DNA of 64,000 bases, from NCBI GenBank assembly GCA_040954595.2, contig CM082597.2:9021778-9085777 (forward strand). Direction: 5' to 3'. This document shows, one piece after another, positions 61,601 through 64,000 of this stretch (its first letter is position 1; every line of letters begins with the position of its first letter). Source of the stretch: Balanoglossus misakiensis. Its lineage: Eukaryota > Animalia > Hemichordata. The notes under the pieces were generated by a model, which saw nothing but the letters and a program-made list of their open reading frames with translations, was not told the DNA's origin and made no database searches. Position numbers and translations under genes: made by a program.

Positions 61601-64000
61601 GATTTTCACCCGTTTTTTTTTTCAAAATTTGTCATTTTTTGATGATTTTCACCCATGTTTTTTTTTTAAAAATCGACGAACCTATGATTTTTTTCAAAAT
61701 CGACGAAATTTTGTGATTTTACAAAGTCGAAAATTTTGTCATTTTTTGATGATTTTCAACCATGATTTTTTTTCAAAAATCGACGAAAATTTGAGATTTT
61801 GCAAAGACGAAAATTTGTCATTTTTGATGATTTTTACCCATGATTTTTTTTCAAAAATGGACGAAATTTTGAGATTTTGCAACGACGAAAATTTGTCATT
61901 TTTTGATGATTTTCACCAATGATTTTTTTTCAAATATCGACGAAATTTTGAGATTTTGCAGAGAGGAAAATTTGTCATTTTTTCATGATTTTCCCCCATG
62001 ATTTTTTTCAAAAATCGACGAAATTTTGAGATTTTGCAAAGTCGAAAATTTGTCATTTTTTGATGATTTTCACCCATGATTTTTTCAAAAATTGACGAAA
62101 TGTTGAGATTTTGCAAAGTCGAAAATTTGTCATTTTTTGATGATTTTCACCCGTGATTTTTTTCAAAAATGGACGAAATTTTGAGATTTTGCAAAGACGA
62201 AAATTTGTCATTTTTTGATGATTTTCACCCATGATTTTTTTTCAAAAATCGACGAAATTTTGAGATTTTGCAAAGAGGAGAATTTGTCATTTTTTCATGA
62301 TTTTCCCCCATGATTTTTTTCAAAAATCGACGAAATTTTGAGATTTTGCAAAGAGGAAAATTTGTAATTTTTTCATGATTTTCCCACATGATTTTTTTCA
62401 AAAATCGACGAAAATTTGAGATTTTGCAAAGACGAAAATTTGTCATTTTTGATGATTTTTACCCATGATTTTTTTTCAAAAATGGACGAAATTGTGAGAT
62501 TTTGCAAAGACGAAAATTTGTCATTTTTTGATGATTTTTACCCATGATTTTTTTTCAAAAATGGACGAAATTTTGAGGTTTTGCAAAGTCGAAAATTTGT
62601 TATTTTTTGATGATTTTCACCCATGTTTTTTTTAAAAATCGACGAAATTTTGAGATTTTGCAAAGAGGAAAATTTGTCATTTTTTCATGATTTTCCCCCA
62701 TGATTTTTTTCAAAAATCGACGAAATTTTGAGATTTTGCAAAGTCGACGAAAATGTGTCATTTTTTGATGATTTTCAACCGTTTTTTTTCAAAATTTGTC
62801 ATTTTTTGATGATTTTCACCCATGTTTTTTTTTTTAAAAATCGACGAACCTATGATTTTTTTCAAAATCGACGAAATTTTGTGATTTTACAAAGTCGAAA
62901 ATTTGTCATTTTTTCATGATTTTCCCCCATGTTTTTTTTTTAAATGGACGAAATTTTGAGATTTTGCAAAGACGAAAATTTGTTATTTTTTGATGATTTT
63001 CACCCATGATTTTTTCAAAAATTGACGAAATTTTGAGATTTTGCAAAGTCGAAAATTTGTCATTTTTTGATGATTTTCACACATGATTTTTTTTCAAAAA
63101 TCGACGAAATTGTGAGATTTTGCAAAGACGAAAATTTGTCATTTTTTGATGATTTTTACCCATGATTTTTTTTCAAAAATGGACGAAATTTTGAGGTTTT
63201 GCAAAGTCGAAAATTTGTTATTTTTTGATGATTTTCACCCATGTCTTTTTTTAAAAATCGACGAAATTTTGAGATTTTGCAAAGAGGAAAATTTGTCATT
63301 TTTTCATGATTTTCCCCCATGATTTTTTTCAAAAATGGACGAAATTTTGAGATTTTGCAAAGAGGAAAATTTGTCATTTTTTGATGATTTTCACCCATGA
63401 TTTTTTTTCAAAAATCGACGAAATTTTGAGATTTTGCAAAGAGGAGAATTTGTCATTTTTTCATGATTTTCCCCCATGATTTTTTTCAAAAATCGACGAA
63501 ATTTTGAGATTTTGCAAAGAGGAAAATTTGTCATTTTTTCATGATTTTCCCCCATGATTTTTTTCAAAAATCGACTAAAATTTGAGATTTTGCAAAGACG
63601 AAAATTTGTCATTTTTGATGATTTTTACCCATGATATTTTTTCAAAAATGGACGAAATTTTGAGGTTTTGCAAAGTCGAAAATTTGTTATTTTTTGATGA
63701 TTTTCACCCATGTCTTTTTTTAAAAATCGACGAAATTTTGAGATTTTGCAAAGAGGAAAATTTGTCATTTTTTCATGATTTTCCCCCATGATTTTTTTCA
63801 AAAATCGACGAAATTTTGAGATTTTGCAAAGTCGACGAAAATGTGTCATTTTTTGATGATTTTCAACCGTTTTTTTTCAAAATTTGTCATTTTTTCATGA
63901 TTTTCACCCATGTTATTTTTTTAAAAAATCGACGAACCTATGATTTTTTTCAAAATCGACGAAATTTTGTGATTTTACAAAGTCGAAAATTTGTCATTTT
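55669..64000. repeat. ~78-bp satellite, right arm with higher-order repeats; continues beyond the window
   Basis: Same monomer as the left arm. Identical variant blocks recur at 56930, 58266, 58620 and 59956. Confidence 0.97.

Noticed and set aside
31455-64000. Many ORFs of the type MGENHQKMTNFRLCKISKFRRFLKK
   Set aside because: Translations of the 78-bp satellite, constantly frameshifted by T-run length changes.

Overview
This is AT-rich eukaryotic genomic DNA with GT-AG introns, probably from a marine invertebrate (inferred from the repeat content only). From left to right it contains five blocks. (1) A composite 90/74-bp tandem satellite at about 1.2-5.1 kb. (2) A minus-strand multi-exon pseudogene at about 6.65-25.4 kb with uninflatable-like domain order: C-type lectin, 3 CUB, 4 Sushi, Ca-EGF. 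It has several independent disabling lesions and its introns are full of MITEs. (3) A DINE/HINE-type element starting at about 26.8 kb, interrupted by a decayed LINE, which is itself interrupted by a TTAA-TSD MITE. (4) A 78-bp A/T-tract satellite from about 31.45 kb to the end of the window. (5) Inserted into one T-run of that satellite, an apparently complete ~18.3-kb Helentron (Helitron2) at 37341-55668. The Helentron encodes a spliced ~2504-aa protein: herpesvirus-tegument-like deubiquitinase, 15x21-aa repeat, Zn finger, HUH Rep, Pif1 helicase, AP endonuclease. It also carries a separate spliced 363-aa RPA70-like gene and two nested non-autonomous HINEs. Empty-site copies of the insertion point are present later in the same satellite. 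No database searches were run; family assignments rest on motif recognition.
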